The notes under the pieces: model-generated
Seen by the model: the letters and a program-made list of their open reading frames with translations, nothing else
Told to the model about the DNA's origin: nothing
Database searches by the model: none
Translations under genes and position numbers: made by a program
Shown: piece by piece, positions 36,134-46,132 of the stretch
How the letters are laid out: each line of letters starts with the position of its first letter
Position numbering within the stretch: the stretch's first letter is position 1
DNA from: Chitinophagaceae bacterium
Lineage (GTDB): Bacteria > Bacteroidota > Bacteroidia > Chitinophagales > Chitinophagaceae
Assembly: GCA_016720565.1 (NCBI GenBank)
Contig: JADKKJ010000001.1
Location: 744,929 to 808,928 of the forward strand
Direction: 5' to 3'
DNA: 64,000 bases

Positions 36134-36550
36134 TTAAAATCTGTTTCCTTTTTGATCACGGCCATCACGGTCATTACGACGATCATCATCTCCATCCCAA
36201 CGGTCGCGTCCACGGTCCTTTGATTCCTGGATCCTAACGTTACCAAAACGGTCAACATTGATCACCATATCGCGTTTGCCAAGGTAGAAGGTAGTGGCAT
36301 CAACCAGTTTTTCTCTCTGGAAATAGCCTCTGCGCATTTCGTAGACCTTAATCGTGTGGACCTTATTGCTGTTATAACCGTAGTAATTGTCAAGGTCGAT
36401 CCGTACGTTATCTCCGAAATAGCTGCGGCCATCGATCACCACCTTGAACTGGCGGGAGTTGTTGTTCAGCATCACGGAAGGCTTTCGGTCTGCGGCGAAA
36501 AGAGCTATGGTCATGAACAGGCCCGCAACTAGTGTAAACATCTTTTTCAT
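36134..36550 (-). CDS. Hypothetical secreted protein with Asp/Arg-rich tail
   Basis: Signal MKKMFTLVAGLFMTIALFA; beta-rich core; tail DRGRDRWDGDDDRRNDRDGRD; has its own terminator. Confidence 0.8.
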   Translation of the reverse strand: MKKMFTLVAGLFMTIALFAADRKPSVMLNNNSRQFKVVIDGRSYFGDNVRIDLDNYYGYNSNKVHTIKVYEMRRGYFQREKLVDATTFYLGKRDMVINVDRFGNVRIQESKDRGRDRWDGDDDRRNDRDGRDQKGNRF

Positions 36551-36634
36551 AATTGTAAATTTTAATTGTTTGGAACTGCAATCACCGGGTGTTTTGCAGC
36601 GCCTTTTATTTTATTGCCCGGTTATACCCTATAT

Positions 36635-36650
36635 TTCAAACCAGATGCCA
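36635..36650 (-). promoter_or_regulatory. Possible sigma54-type -24/-12 promoter (TGGCATCTGGTTTGAA)
   Basis: TGGCA with GG-N10-GA spacing; the -12 GC is replaced by GA, so the match is imperfect. Confidence 0.25.
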
Positions 36651-36751
36651 TCAATATCAAAGAATATGTTAATAGAACCAGCCCCCTTATTTAGCCTCTT
36701 CCCCGGCTGAATTCCCTTACCTTTGCAGCCTTGAAAACGAGGCAATACGAC

Positions 36752-38542
36752 ATGAAGCATATCCGCAATTTTTGCATAATTGCACATATTGACCATGGTA
36801 AATCCACCCTGGCTGACAGGCTTTTACAGCAGACGAATACCATTACCGAAAGGGATATGATGGACCAGGTGCTGGATGACATGGACCTGGAGAGGGAAAA
36901 AGGCATTACCATTAAAAGCCATGCTATCCAGATCAACCACAAGCACAAAGGCGAGAATTATGTGCTGAACCTTATCGATACGCCCGGTCACGTAGATTTC
37001 AGCTATGAAGTGAGCCGCGCACTTGCAGCCTGTGAAGGAGCCCTGCTTTTAGTAGATGCCACCCAGGGTATCCAGGCACAGACCATCAGCAATTTATACC
37101 TGGCTATTGAAAATGACCTTGAGATCATTCCGGTGATCAATAAGATCGATATGGACGGTGCCATGATAGAAGAGGTAAAGGACCAGATCATTGACCTGAT
37201 AGGTTGCAAACCCGAAGATATCCTGCTGGCCAGTGGTCGTACAGGTTTGGGAGTGGATATAATTCTTGAGGCCATCATTGACAAGATACCTTCTCCTTCA
37301 GGAGATCCTGAGGCGCCTTTACAGGCATTGATCTTCGATTCAGTTTTCAATTCATTCAGGGGTATCATAGTTTATTACCGCATCATGAACGGCTCCCTGA
37401 AAAAAGGGGATAAGGTAAAATTTGTATCTACCGGGCAGGAATATGAGGCAGCTGAGGTGGGTATCCTCAAACTGAAAATGACGGAAAAGAGTGAAGTTGG
37501 ATGTGGAGACGTAGGGTATATCATCACCGGCATTAAAAATGCCAAAGAGGTGCATGTGGGCGATACGATCACCGTGGCTTCTAATCCTGATCCCCGGCAG
37601 ATCCAGGGATTTGAAGAAGTGAAACCCATGGTATTCGCCGGTATCTTCCCCGTGAATACAGAGGATTTTGAGGAGTTGCGCGATTGCATGGATAAACTGC
37701 AATTGAATGATGCTTCCCTTACCTATGAGTTGGAAACATCACAGGCGCTGGGTTTTGGATTTCGCTGCGGATTCCTTGGTATGCTTCACATGGAGATCAT
37801 ACAGGAGAGGCTGGAGCGGGAGTTCAATCAAATGGTGATCACAACAGTGCCCAACGTGAGCTTTATCGCTTATACTACGGCAGGTAATAAGATCATTGTA
37901 AACAACCCTACCGAATTTCCGGAGCCGGTTAAAACCGAAAGGATAGAAGAGCCCTTCATTAAGGCACAGATCATTTCCAAGCCTGATTATATCGGCAATA
38001 TCATGACCCTTTGCCTGGGCAAGAGGGGTATACTGGTGAACCAGAGTTATCTTACCCAGACCAGGGTAGAGCTGATATTTGAAATGCCACTTACCGAGAT
38101 CGTATTTGATTTTTATGATAAACTGAAATCACAGACCCGTGGTTATGCTTCCTTCGATTATCATCCCATCGGATACCGGGAAAGTGATATCGCAAAAATG
38201 GATATCCTGCTGAATGGCGAAAAAGTGGATGCGTTGTCTGCGCTTATTCACCGAAGCAGGGCCCATGATTTCGGAAAGAAATTATGTGAGAAATTAAAAG
38301 AGCTGCTTCCACGCCAGCAGTTCCAGATCGCTATACAGGCCGCTATTGGCGCCAAGATCATCGCCCGGGAAACGATCTCCGCTCTTCGGAAGGATGTAAC
38401 CGCAAAATGTTATGGTGGTGACATCTCCCGTAAACGAAAACTTCTGGAGAAACAAAAAGAAGGTAAGAAGAGAATGAGGCAAATAGGATCAGTTGAAATT
38501 CCACAGGAGGCTTTCCTGGCGGTATTAAAACTGGATGAATGA
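36752..38542 (+). CDS. lepA: Translation elongation factor 4
   Basis: [57 protein letters not shown]. Promoter TACCTTTG at 36718-36725 favours ATG 36752 over TTG 36731. Confidence 0.98.
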   Translation: MKHIRNFCIIAHIDHGKSTLADRLLQQTNTITERDMMDQVLDDMDLEREKGITIKSHAIQINHKHKGENYVLNLIDTPGHVDFSYEVSRALAACEGALLLVDATQGIQAQTISNLYLAIENDLEIIPVINKIDMDGAMIEEVKDQIIDLIGCKPEDILLASGRTGLGVDIILEAIIDKIPSPSGDPEAPLQALIFDSVFNSFRGIIVYYRIMNGSLKKGDKVKFVSTGQEYEAAEVGILKLKMTEKSEVGCGDVGYIITGIKNAKEVHVGDTITVASNPDPRQIQGFEEVKPMVFAGIFPVNTEDFEELRDCMDKLQLNDASLTYELETSQALGFGFRCGFLGMLHMEIIQERLEREFNQMVITTVPNVSFIAYTTAGNKIIVNNPTEFPEPVKTERIEEPFIKAQIISKPDYIGNIMTLCLGKRGILVNQSYLTQTRVELIFEMPLTEIVFDFYDKLKSQTRGYASFDYHPIGYRESDIAKMDILLNGEKVDALSALIHRSRAHDFGKKLCEKLKELLPRQQFQIAIQAAIGAKIIARETISALRKDVTAKCYGGDISRKRKLLEKQKEGKKRMRQIGSVEIPQEAFLAVLKLDE

Positions 38543-39955
38543 TCAGCCGCGAAGGAAACGGATGATAGACATAACCGTTTCATTTTTCCACAACCATTGA
38601 CCAAGGGCATAGACCAATCCCGCAGCCACTAAAGAACTTATTAAACTGGCCAGTGCACCCCATTCAAATGTTCTCACCAACAGCACCACTGGAATGAAAA
38701 GGGAGGATACCAGCGTGGCCTGTATAAATGGCTTCCATTCCATTTTGATCTTCAGCATTACAAAAAACACTCCCATGATAAATGTTTCCGTACATAAAGA
38801 GGCTATGGCTGCTCCCTGTTCACTAAGTATTGGGATGAGCAGGAAATTAAGTGAAAGGTTGAGTAACAGGGCCAGGCTTACCATCCACCATATCCAGCGG
38901 GCCTTTGAGAACTTCGAGAGGTAATACATCAGGAAAAGATTGCTTAAGGTGATCAGCAGCGGCAGGGGTGATAACCATTGTATTACTGCAATGGATGGGC
39001 TGAAAGCTTTTCCGGCAAAGACTTCTATCAGTTCAGGCGCCAGCAGGATGAACAATGCCATGGCAGGAACAGCGATCGTGAAAATAAAATTCAATGACCT
39101 GCCCAACAGGTGCAGCGCTTCCTGTTTTTTTTCCTCCGCTTCAAACCAGGAAAAACGTGGGAATAAAATTGTATTGATCACTATCACCAGCGAAAGGGAC
39201 AGTCGCACCAGCTTCATGGCTGTAGTATAATAACCCACCTGTTCATCATTGGCGAGCCAACCCAGCATCACTGTATCTGTAAAATCATAAATACTGATAA
39301 AAGTGGAAGCGATGAAAAAATAGAACAGTACCGGGAACTGTATGCTGAATTTTTCAGGAGGGCCTGACCTCCGAAGGGAAGGTGAGATGTAAAATATATT
39401 GATGAATAAAGTTGCCAGTTGCGTGAGTGCGATGATGGCATAATAGATCCTGTAATGTTCGGCCCCATGCAATAAAAGGAAAATAGCAGCCAGTCCGGCC
39501 ACCCTTAAAATGATATTCCTGACCGCCATAAAACGAAAGGCTTCCATGCCCTGCAGGTACCAATCGGCAGCCAAAACATTGGAAAGGATATAGGTAATTC
39601 CCAATGCTATTAAGAATGGTTCCTGGTGATAGCGCGGATGCATATATAGAAATCCTGCGAAGAAAAGGCAACCGATCGCTGCCAGCAGGCTATGCCAGCG
39701 TAACAATGAAAAAAGAAGTTGCTGACGTAAGGCAGGTTCATTCTTTGCACGTGCGATCTGCCTGGTTCCATATAAGGGGATTCCGAGGCAGGTTAGACTG
39801 ATCACGAGGTTAGCCAGGAAATCAACATAATTCACTTTGCCGATCATGGCAGGCCCCAGGGTGGAGGTTATATATGGAAAAGTAACCAGTGGAAAGACCA
39901 GGCTGGTTATAGCTGAAAAAAGCTGGTAACTGAAATTATGTTTGAGGTCTTTCAA
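38543..39955 (-). CDS. Wzx/RfbX-type flippase
   Basis: LKHNFSYQL..FPLVTFPYITSTLGP..GIPLYG, WYLQGMEAF, VGYYTTAMKL, GAAIASLCTE. Confidence 0.9.
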   Translation of the reverse strand: MKDLKHNFSYQLFSAITSLVFPLVTFPYITSTLGPAMIGKVNYVDFLANLVISLTCLGIPLYGTRQIARAKNEPALRQQLLFSLLRWHSLLAAIGCLFFAGFLYMHPRYHQEPFLIALGITYILSNVLAADWYLQGMEAFRFMAVRNIILRVAGLAAIFLLLHGAEHYRIYYAIIALTQLATLFINIFYISPSLRRSGPPEKFSIQFPVLFYFFIASTFISIYDFTDTVMLGWLANDEQVGYYTTAMKLVRLSLSLVIVINTILFPRFSWFEAEEKKQEALHLLGRSLNFIFTIAVPAMALFILLAPELIEVFAGKAFSPSIAVIQWLSPLPLLITLSNLFLMYYLSKFSKARWIWWMVSLALLLNLSLNFLLIPILSEQGAAIASLCTETFIMGVFFVMLKIKMEWKPFIQATLVSSLFIPVVLLVRTFEWGALASLISSLVAAGLVYALGQWLWKNETVMSIIRFLRG

Positions 39956-39979
39956 CGGGAGTAAATATACTGCTACTGG

Positions 39980-40969
39980 TCAATTCTCCCTACCATCATT
40001 CACCTTGTCTTTTTCTTTTCCGCGATTCTTATCGCTTTTTTCCTGGAGTTTTTGTTCGTTCCTGTTTCCTTTAGGATCCAGCAATGGGTCGCCCACAGGA
40101 ACTTCTCCATCTTTTAGTTTCAGGGTAAATACTTTGTCAACATGTATCCATTTACCGTTTTCCCATTTAAAACCTTCCTGGTCACCATCAGGGATCAGCG
40201 TTTGGGGAAGGTCGGGCTGATCTGTTTCCGACACCAGGTGATCAACCAGTATTATACCCAGGTCGGGGATATAATTTACCAATACGCGGGTATCTTTCTT
40301 GAACTCTATGCCAAAGCGATATTTTGTTGGGCCAGGCAGGCTATCCTGCTCATAACTGAAAAAAGGCCCGCCAAACAGAGGTTCATTTTTATCGTTGAAA
40401 GTCAATACTTCCATCCATTTCATGGAACTCTGTACGCCATTCGGATCGAATCCGAAAAGTGTATAATAATTTTTATTGCGGAATTGGGTCTTCACCATAT
40501 TGTAATAAACAGCGCCGATCCAGTTCCCTCTTGTCCTTACAGAATCCTCCGGTTTCGTAGTGAACTCAGAATAATCGCGCAGGGGTAAAAGTTTAAGGGA
40601 ACCATCGGTTGTTTTCATTTGAATGGCACCACGCTGGCGATGGTAATAATCATCATACGTGATGTTCCAGGTAAATATGCGGAAGCTGCTATCAGGGGAA
40701 TATAAATGGGAAATACCGATCACTGAATCGAAAGGATAATAAAATGAGTTCCTGATCTGAAGGGCCCTTACCAGGGTCTTGGTGAATATGCTGTCGGATA
40801 CCATCCGATCCGCCTGCAAACTATCTGTATTAAGGTATATGGAATATTCCTTCAGGGTATCCTCTTTAGCTTTTAGAGCCCTTACATCGGCCGCACTGAT
40901 CTTCACTCCCTGTGCCTGCAGGGTATGAACGTAACAGAAAGCAATAAGAAAGAAAAAGATGGATTTCAC
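39980..40969 (-). CDS. Conserved hypothetical exported protein
   Basis: 329-aa ORF with signal peptide; SPDSSFRIFTW and WIGAVYY motifs; no function recognised. Confidence 0.8.
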   Translation of the reverse strand: MKSIFFFLIAFCYVHTLQAQGVKISAADVRALKAKEDTLKEYSIYLNTDSLQADRMVSDSIFTKTLVRALQIRNSFYYPFDSVIGISHLYSPDSSFRIFTWNITYDDYYHRQRGAIQMKTTDGSLKLLPLRDYSEFTTKPEDSVRTRGNWIGAVYYNMVKTQFRNKNYYTLFGFDPNGVQSSMKWMEVLTFNDKNEPLFGGPFFSYEQDSLPGPTKYRFGIEFKKDTRVLVNYIPDLGIILVDHLVSETDQPDLPQTLIPDGDQEGFKWENGKWIHVDKVFTLKLKDGEVPVGDPLLDPKGNRNEQKLQEKSDKNRGKEKDKVNDGREN

Positions 40970-41084
40970 TGGTTTGTTTTAACAGGACAAAAATACATAG
41001 ATAAGAGATGTTCAGGCCGGGGCTGCGGGTTGCATACCTGGTCACGCTGGCTTAGGTCGGGTATTTAACGGAAAGGCCGCTGAA

Positions 41085-42347
41085 TTAGTATGATAAATTT
41101 CCTAAATGCCTGGCAACCTCTGGAAGGCCGGGGAACTGCCAGTCGATATCCGCATGGGGAAATGGCATTTCAGGGTTGGTGGTGGTCACAAATACGCTGA
41201 AAATACCCGCATTCCGGGCAAATCGCATGTCGCTGGGCTTATTACCGATCATAATGGTCTTTTCCGGATCTATACCGGGATCTTCTTCAAAGGCCTGGAA
41301 AGCCATACCGGGGTTGGGTTTACGCCGTTCGTCTTTATCGTCCATGGAGGTGCAGAAATATATTTCATCGATCCTTCCTCCAGCCTCTTTTATCTTTTTT
41401 CGCATTTGGAGATGGATAGATTCCAGGTCATTAAGACTCATCAGTCCTTTACCGATCCCCCGCTGGTTAGTGATCACAATTATCTTTCCCAGTTTCCGGG
41501 ATAATAAAGCAAGGGCTTCAGGCACTCCCTCATAAAAAATGAATTCTTCCCAGTTCAACACATATTCATTCTTTTTTTCGTGATTGATCACTCCATCACG
41601 ATCGATCAGGATCGTCCATTGCTTATCCAGTTCACGCAGAGAGGGTAGTTTCCTTGCCAGGTCTTCCTGCGCCTTTTGAAAATCTTCAGGTATGCCAATA
41701 TCTATAAAATAGCCGTCATCTCTGATCCCCTGGAAATGTCCCTGGTCATAATGCGCTTCCAGGTATTCTTTTTCAAAGGAAAATTTTTGCGGGTATCCTC
41801 TTTGTAAAAACCGGACAGGATCCAGCACATATAATCCACCATTGATATTTCCTTCCGTAAAAAATTGTTTTTCGCGAAAAATGCTGACGATGTCCTTTTG
41901 ATCTGTTTCCACCACACCATACCGGTCGAAATCGCGCATTGGCTTTAAAAGAAGAGAACATTCCGCTCCGGATCGTTCATGCCTGTCCCAGGCTTTTTTA
42001 AGGTTTGCTTTATATAAAGTATCTCCATTGGCTACTACCACGGTTATTCCCTGGCAAAATCTGGCTGCAAGTTGTATGGCCCCGCCCGTACCCAGTGGTT
42101 CATCTTCCAGGCAGTGAACATAATTGAGCGTGGGGAATTCCTGTTCGAGGTAATTTAAAATGATATCTGACCTATAACCCAGGGAAAAAATAAAACGGTT
42201 GATGCCCTGGCTGCGAAGCTGGTTGATCACATAAAAAAGGAAGGGCCTGCCTGCCACAGGGGCCATGCATTTAGGAAGATCCGGAACGGCGGACCTGAGC
42301 CTGGTTCCCAATCCACCCGCTAATATGATGGCTTCTTTTATAAACAT
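41085..42347 (-). CDS. Fused heptose-1-phosphate guanylyltransferase (HddC-like) and heptose-1,7-bisphosphate phosphatase (GmhB-like, HAD IIIA)
   Basis: N-terminal AIILAGGLGTRL..LPKCMAPVAGRPFL, EPLGTGGA, FIDIGIPED; C-terminal LIDRDGVIN, ITNQRG, RKPNPGM, MIGNK. Confidence 0.88.
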   Translation of the reverse strand: MFIKEAIILAGGLGTRLRSAVPDLPKCMAPVAGRPFLFYVINQLRSQGINRFIFSLGYRSDIILNYLEQEFPTLNYVHCLEDEPLGTGGAIQLAARFCQGITVVVANGDTLYKANLKKAWDRHERSGAECSLLLKPMRDFDRYGVVETDQKDIVSIFREKQFFTEGNINGGLYVLDPVRFLQRGYPQKFSFEKEYLEAHYDQGHFQGIRDDGYFIDIGIPEDFQKAQEDLARKLPSLRELDKQWTILIDRDGVINHEKKNEYVLNWEEFIFYEGVPEALALLSRKLGKIIVITNQRGIGKGLMSLNDLESIHLQMRKKIKEAGGRIDEIYFCTSMDDKDERRKPNPGMAFQAFEEDPGIDPEKTIMIGNKPSDMRFARNAGIFSVFVTTTNPEMPFPHADIDWQFPGLPEVARHLGNLSY

Positions 42348-42938
42348 TCAGGAACCAGGTTTTTCCGAAGGAAAAATAGCTTCTTCCACCAGCTGGCAAA
42401 CGATATGTCCAATGGTGATATGGCTTTCCTGTATTCGCGGAGTATCACTGGAAGGAACATTTACGAGGAGATCGGAGATGGATCTCATTTTTCCTCCCGA
42501 CTCACCGGTGAATCCAATGGTGATCATGTTTTTTTCTTTCGCCACTTCAAATGCCTTCAGGATATTAGGAGAATTTCCCGAAGTGGATAACCCGATCAGT
42601 ACATCGCCTTCTCTGCCTATACCATCAATCAGCCTGGCAAAGACCATGTCATACCCATAATCATTTCCTACCGCGGTGAGGTAAGAGCTATTACAATGCA
42701 GGGCTTCCGCAGGAAGTGCTTTCCTGTCAGTATAAAACCTCCCTGAAAATTCGGCCGCCAGGTGCTGCGCATCAGCTGCGCTACCTCCATTTCCGCAGAA
42801 ATATACCCTGTTGCCTTTTTGAAAGGCTGTCGTAACTGTCTTTACGATCTTATCAATGGTCTCCAATAAAACTGGATCATTGATGATCTTTGCTTTCGTA
42901 TCAATGGAGGCGGCTATTATCTGTTGAATCCTATTCAT
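42348..42938 (-). CDS. gmhA: Sedoheptulose-7-phosphate isomerase
   Basis: FCGNGGSAADAQHLAAEF, GNDYGY, LSTSGNS, PRIQESH. The start could be 42959 instead. Confidence 0.96.
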   Translation of the reverse strand: MNRIQQIIAASIDTKAKIINDPVLLETIDKIVKTVTTAFQKGNRVYFCGNGGSAADAQHLAAEFSGRFYTDRKALPAEALHCNSSYLTAVGNDYGYDMVFARLIDGIGREGDVLIGLSTSGNSPNILKAFEVAKEKNMITIGFTGESGGKMRSISDLLVNVPSSDTPRIQESHITIGHIVCQLVEEAIFPSEKPGS

Positions 42939-42992
42939 AAAATAAACTTTAGCACTCACTTATTATCTCAAACCTGTAATTTGAACTCTAAA

Positions 42993-43012
42993 CCTGCTTA
43001 CCTGCAGGCAGG
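42993..43012. repeat. 20-bp imperfect palindrome CCTGCTTACCTGCAGGCAGG (REP-like)
   Basis: CCTGC/GCAGG termini with an internal CCTGCAGG palindrome; intergenic. Confidence 0.65.
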
Positions 43013-43050
43013 CTCCTAACTCCTAACTCCTAACTGGTAACTCCTAACTA
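43013..43050. repeat. Heptamer tandem array (CTCCTAA)3-CTGGTAA-CTCCTAA-CTA
   Basis: Read directly; 5.4 units ending 2 nt from the hddA stop codon. Confidence 0.95.
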
Positions 43051-43052
43051 TT

Positions 43053-44075
43053 TTACACGCTCCAGGTCTTCACCCCATGTTCCACAAACTGGAAATTGCG
43101 GCTTTGACCGCCGAATTTTTCCAGCTCTTCTCTAACAGCGTATTTGGTATTGCCGGGACAATAAAATATCATGAAGCCTCCACCACCGGCACCGGATATT
43201 TTTCCTCCGGTAGCACCTGCTGATTTTGCGGCGGTATAAATATCTTCCATCAGTTCATTGCTGATCCCTTCGGCCATTTTCCTTTTTTGCTGGAAACCAA
43301 AATCAAGGATCTCGCCGATCTGGTTCAATTTGCCTTTCAATAAAGCCTCTTTCATCATCTGGGCCTGTTCTTTCAAAAGATGCATGGCCTCTATGGAGCT
43401 TTCTTTTTTATCAGTCACATTCCGGCTTTGCTTTTTGATCAACTCTGCGGATTCACGACTGGTTGCCGTATAATATAAAAGCAGGTTGTTCTCTAATTCA
43501 AATAAATGCTGTTGCCTTACGCGGAGGGGGTTCACGATCACTTTATCATCGCCAAAAAATTCCATAAAATTCACACCCCCGAAAGTGGCGGCATACTGGT
43601 CCTGTTTTCCCCCGGCAAGCCCAAGGTCCTTTCTTTCAATTTCGTAGGCATAATGGGCCATATCATATTCCCCGAAGGCGAGCCGGTGCATTTCCGCGAA
43701 GGCCCCAATAATGGCTACCACAAGGGTAGAGGACGTGCCTAAACCAGAGCCTGCGGGCGCATCAACATAGGTGCTTAACTTAAACCCCTGAGGCTTTAAT
43801 TGATAATCTTGCTGGATCCGGTTATATACTCCCTTCAGCAGATCGAGTTTACCGTTAACAGGTAATTTGGTTGCCCACTCATAGCTTTCTTTCTCATTAC
43901 GGTCAATGGTATGCAGGACGATCTTGTTTTCTTCAATAGGCTCAATAGTGGCATGGGCATATAACGAGAGGGTGGCATTCAAAATGGCTCCGCCGTAGAG
44001 GTCGCTGTAAGGACTTACATCCGTACCTCCTCCTGCCAATCCTATCCTTAAGGGAGCTTTACTACGATATAACAT
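43053..44075 (-). CDS. hddA: D-glycero-D-manno-heptose-7-phosphate kinase (GHMP family)
   Basis: RSKAPLRIGLAGGGTDV, PAGSGLGTSS, GGKQDQYAATFGG, GGKISGAGGGGF. Confidence 0.9.
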   Translation of the reverse strand: MLYRSKAPLRIGLAGGGTDVSPYSDLYGGAILNATLSLYAHATIEPIEENKIVLHTIDRNEKESYEWATKLPVNGKLDLLKGVYNRIQQDYQLKPQGFKLSTYVDAPAGSGLGTSSTLVVAIIGAFAEMHRLAFGEYDMAHYAYEIERKDLGLAGGKQDQYAATFGGVNFMEFFGDDKVIVNPLRVRQQHLFELENNLLLYYTATSRESAELIKKQSRNVTDKKESSIEAMHLLKEQAQMMKEALLKGKLNQIGEILDFGFQQKRKMAEGISNELMEDIYTAAKSAGATGGKISGAGGGGFMIFYCPGNTKYAVREELEKFGGQSRNFQFVEHGVKTWSV

Positions 44076-44083
44076 GAATGGGA

Positions 44084-45190
44084 TCAGATTTGGGTGATCG
44101 CTGTCACCAGATTTGACCAGCTATAGCGCTGTTTTTCACTGCGAAGATGAGGAATAAAATAATCTTCACCTAATTGGTAGAACCTCCTGATCCCCTCTGC
44201 GATCGCGGCAGGATTTGGTTCCACTACCAGGCCTACTTTTCCATCAGGAACCAGGTCTGGCAGGCCTCCCACATTCGTAACGACCATTGGCTTTTCAAAA
44301 TGATAGGCGAGGGGCGTGACGCCACTTTGTGTGGCATTTCGGTATGGCTGTATCACGGCATCTGCTGCGCTCAGGTAATATTTTACTTCACTGTCGGGAA
44401 TAAAATCAGTTCTTAATATGAGTTTATCCTTTAGTCCCAGGATTTGGATCTTTTCCAGGTATGGTTTTGCATCCTCATAAAACTCTCCAGCCACCAGTAG
44501 TTTAATATCATCCAATTCTTTCATGGCTTCCAGCAGGAGGTCGAGTCCTTTGTAATGACGTATGAATCCAAAGAATAAAATGATATTCTGTTCCGCAGAT
44601 AGTCCTAAATGTTTCCTGGCTTCTGCTTTATTAACTGCCGGACCAAAATTGTCATACAAGGGGTGTGTGACCAGTTTTGCAGGTTTATCTTTTTCAAACT
44701 GGCGAAGGTCCATCATCACTTTTTCACTCATGGTAATAAATCCATCGCAGGCCTTTAAAAAATAGCTGGTGAATGGCCGATCTCCCGGCCTTTTCTCATG
44801 GGGGATCACATTGTCTGCAATGCATACGATCCTTGTATGTTTATTTTTTCGTACCCTTCTGAGAATAGTTCCCAGCGCAGGCCCCATGAAGGGGAGCCAG
44901 AAGCGTACTACGATAAGATCAGCCATTTCTTTTTTCAATCTGTTGCCAATGCTTATCCAATTCAAAGGGTTCACTGAATTGATCACAGAATGGATGCGTA
45001 TGCCCTCTGGCGCAGGTTCATCAGTGTATTGGGTTTTACCGGGAAATAAAAAAGAAGGGTATTGCAGGGAAAATGAATAAATGGAACAGTCATGCCCCTG
45101 GTCGATGAATTCTTTGGCCAGCCGTTGATCAAAACTTGCCAGTCCGCCCCGAAGCGGATGTGCAGGTCCGATAATAATGACCTTTGCCAT
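44084..45190 (-). CDS. Glycosyltransferase family 4
   Basis: IIGPAHPLRGG, FFGFIRHYKGLDLL, YRNATQSGV..VTNVGGLPDLV. Confidence 0.92.
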   Translation of the reverse strand: MAKVIIIGPAHPLRGGLASFDQRLAKEFIDQGHDCSIYSFSLQYPSFLFPGKTQYTDEPAPEGIRIHSVINSVNPLNWISIGNRLKKEMADLIVVRFWLPFMGPALGTILRRVRKNKHTRIVCIADNVIPHEKRPGDRPFTSYFLKACDGFITMSEKVMMDLRQFEKDKPAKLVTHPLYDNFGPAVNKAEARKHLGLSAEQNIILFFGFIRHYKGLDLLLEAMKELDDIKLLVAGEFYEDAKPYLEKIQILGLKDKLILRTDFIPDSEVKYYLSAADAVIQPYRNATQSGVTPLAYHFEKPMVVTNVGGLPDLVPDGKVGLVVEPNPAAIAEGIRRFYQLGEDYFIPHLRSEKQRYSWSNLVTAITQI

Positions 45191-46131
45191 TAAAGTCCTG
45201 TTTTGGTTTCAACCAGGTAGCTGTTTCGTGAAGGTGAATTTCTTGCGATCAGTTCACCAATAAAACCTGCCAGGAATAATTGCATACCTATAATGAGGGA
45301 AGTCAGCGCCAGGAAAAAGCCGGGCTTGTTCGTTAGTGAAAAATCAGCATGTATGATCTTTGAAACAACCAGGTAAATGGATATCCCTAATCCAAGCATA
45401 AAGAATAGCATACCCCAGAGGCCGAAAAAATGCATGGGGCGTTTGGAGAATTTACCAACGAAGGTGATGGACATGATATCCAGAAAACCATTGACAAATC
45501 TTCTCCATCCAAATTTTGACCGGCCATATTTCCGGGCACGATGCTCCACTACTTTTTCGCCGATCTTTTTAAAGCCGGCCCATTTTGCCAGTACGGGGAT
45601 ATAACGATGCATCTCTCCATAGACCTCCACACCTTTTACGGTGCGGTTGCGATAGGCCTTGAGTCCGCAATTGAAATCATGTAAATGAATACCGCTGACC
45701 ATGCGCGTAACGGCGTTAAAGAATTTAGAAGGAATATTCTTGGTAAGGGTATTATCGTAGCGTTTCTTTTTCCATCCGCTGACAAGGTCAAATTTATCTT
45801 CTATGATCATCCTGCGCAGTTCAGGTATCTCATCCGGACTATCCTGCAGGTCGGCATCCATGGTAATGACCACATCGCCACTTGCCGCACGAAATCCTTC
45901 ATTAAGTCCGGCGGATTTTCCATAATTACGCTGGAATTTGATCCCTTTTATGCATGGATTGGAAGCTCTGAGTTGTTCGATCACTTCCCAGGAATTATCA
46001 CTGCTGCCATCATCTACGAATATGATCTCGTAGGTGAAATTATTTTCTTTCATCACCTTTTCGATCCATGCGGAAAGTTCGGGCAATGATTCAGCTTCGT
46101 CTATCAGTGGTATTACTAAACTTAGATCCAT
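45190..46131 (-). CDS. Glycosyltransferase family 2, polyprenol-phosphate (GtrB/ArnC/DPM1-like) type
   Basis: FVDDGSSD, FQRNYGKSA, TMDADLQD, HDFNCGLKAY; two C-terminal TM helices. Confidence 0.92.
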   Translation of the reverse strand: MDLSLVIPLIDEAESLPELSAWIEKVMKENNFTYEIIFVDDGSSDNSWEVIEQLRASNPCIKGIKFQRNYGKSAGLNEGFRAASGDVVITMDADLQDSPDEIPELRRMIIEDKFDLVSGWKKKRYDNTLTKNIPSKFFNAVTRMVSGIHLHDFNCGLKAYRNRTVKGVEVYGEMHRYIPVLAKWAGFKKIGEKVVEHRARKYGRSKFGWRRFVNGFLDIMSITFVGKFSKRPMHFFGLWGMLFFMLGLGISIYLVVSKIIHADFSLTNKPGFFLALTSLIIGMQLFLAGFIGELIARNSPSRNSYLVETKTGL

Positions 46132-46132
46132 G

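Noticed and set aside
40970-41084. Structured ncRNA (SRP, riboswitch) in the GC-rich spacer downstream of the heptose operon
   Set aside because: No SRP domain IV, riboswitch core or convincing long stem could be found by eye; a covariance-model scan would be needed.
42993-43050. CRISPR array or degenerate CRISPR repeat
   Set aside because: The units are 7 nt, directly tandem, without unique spacers, and no cas genes are present.
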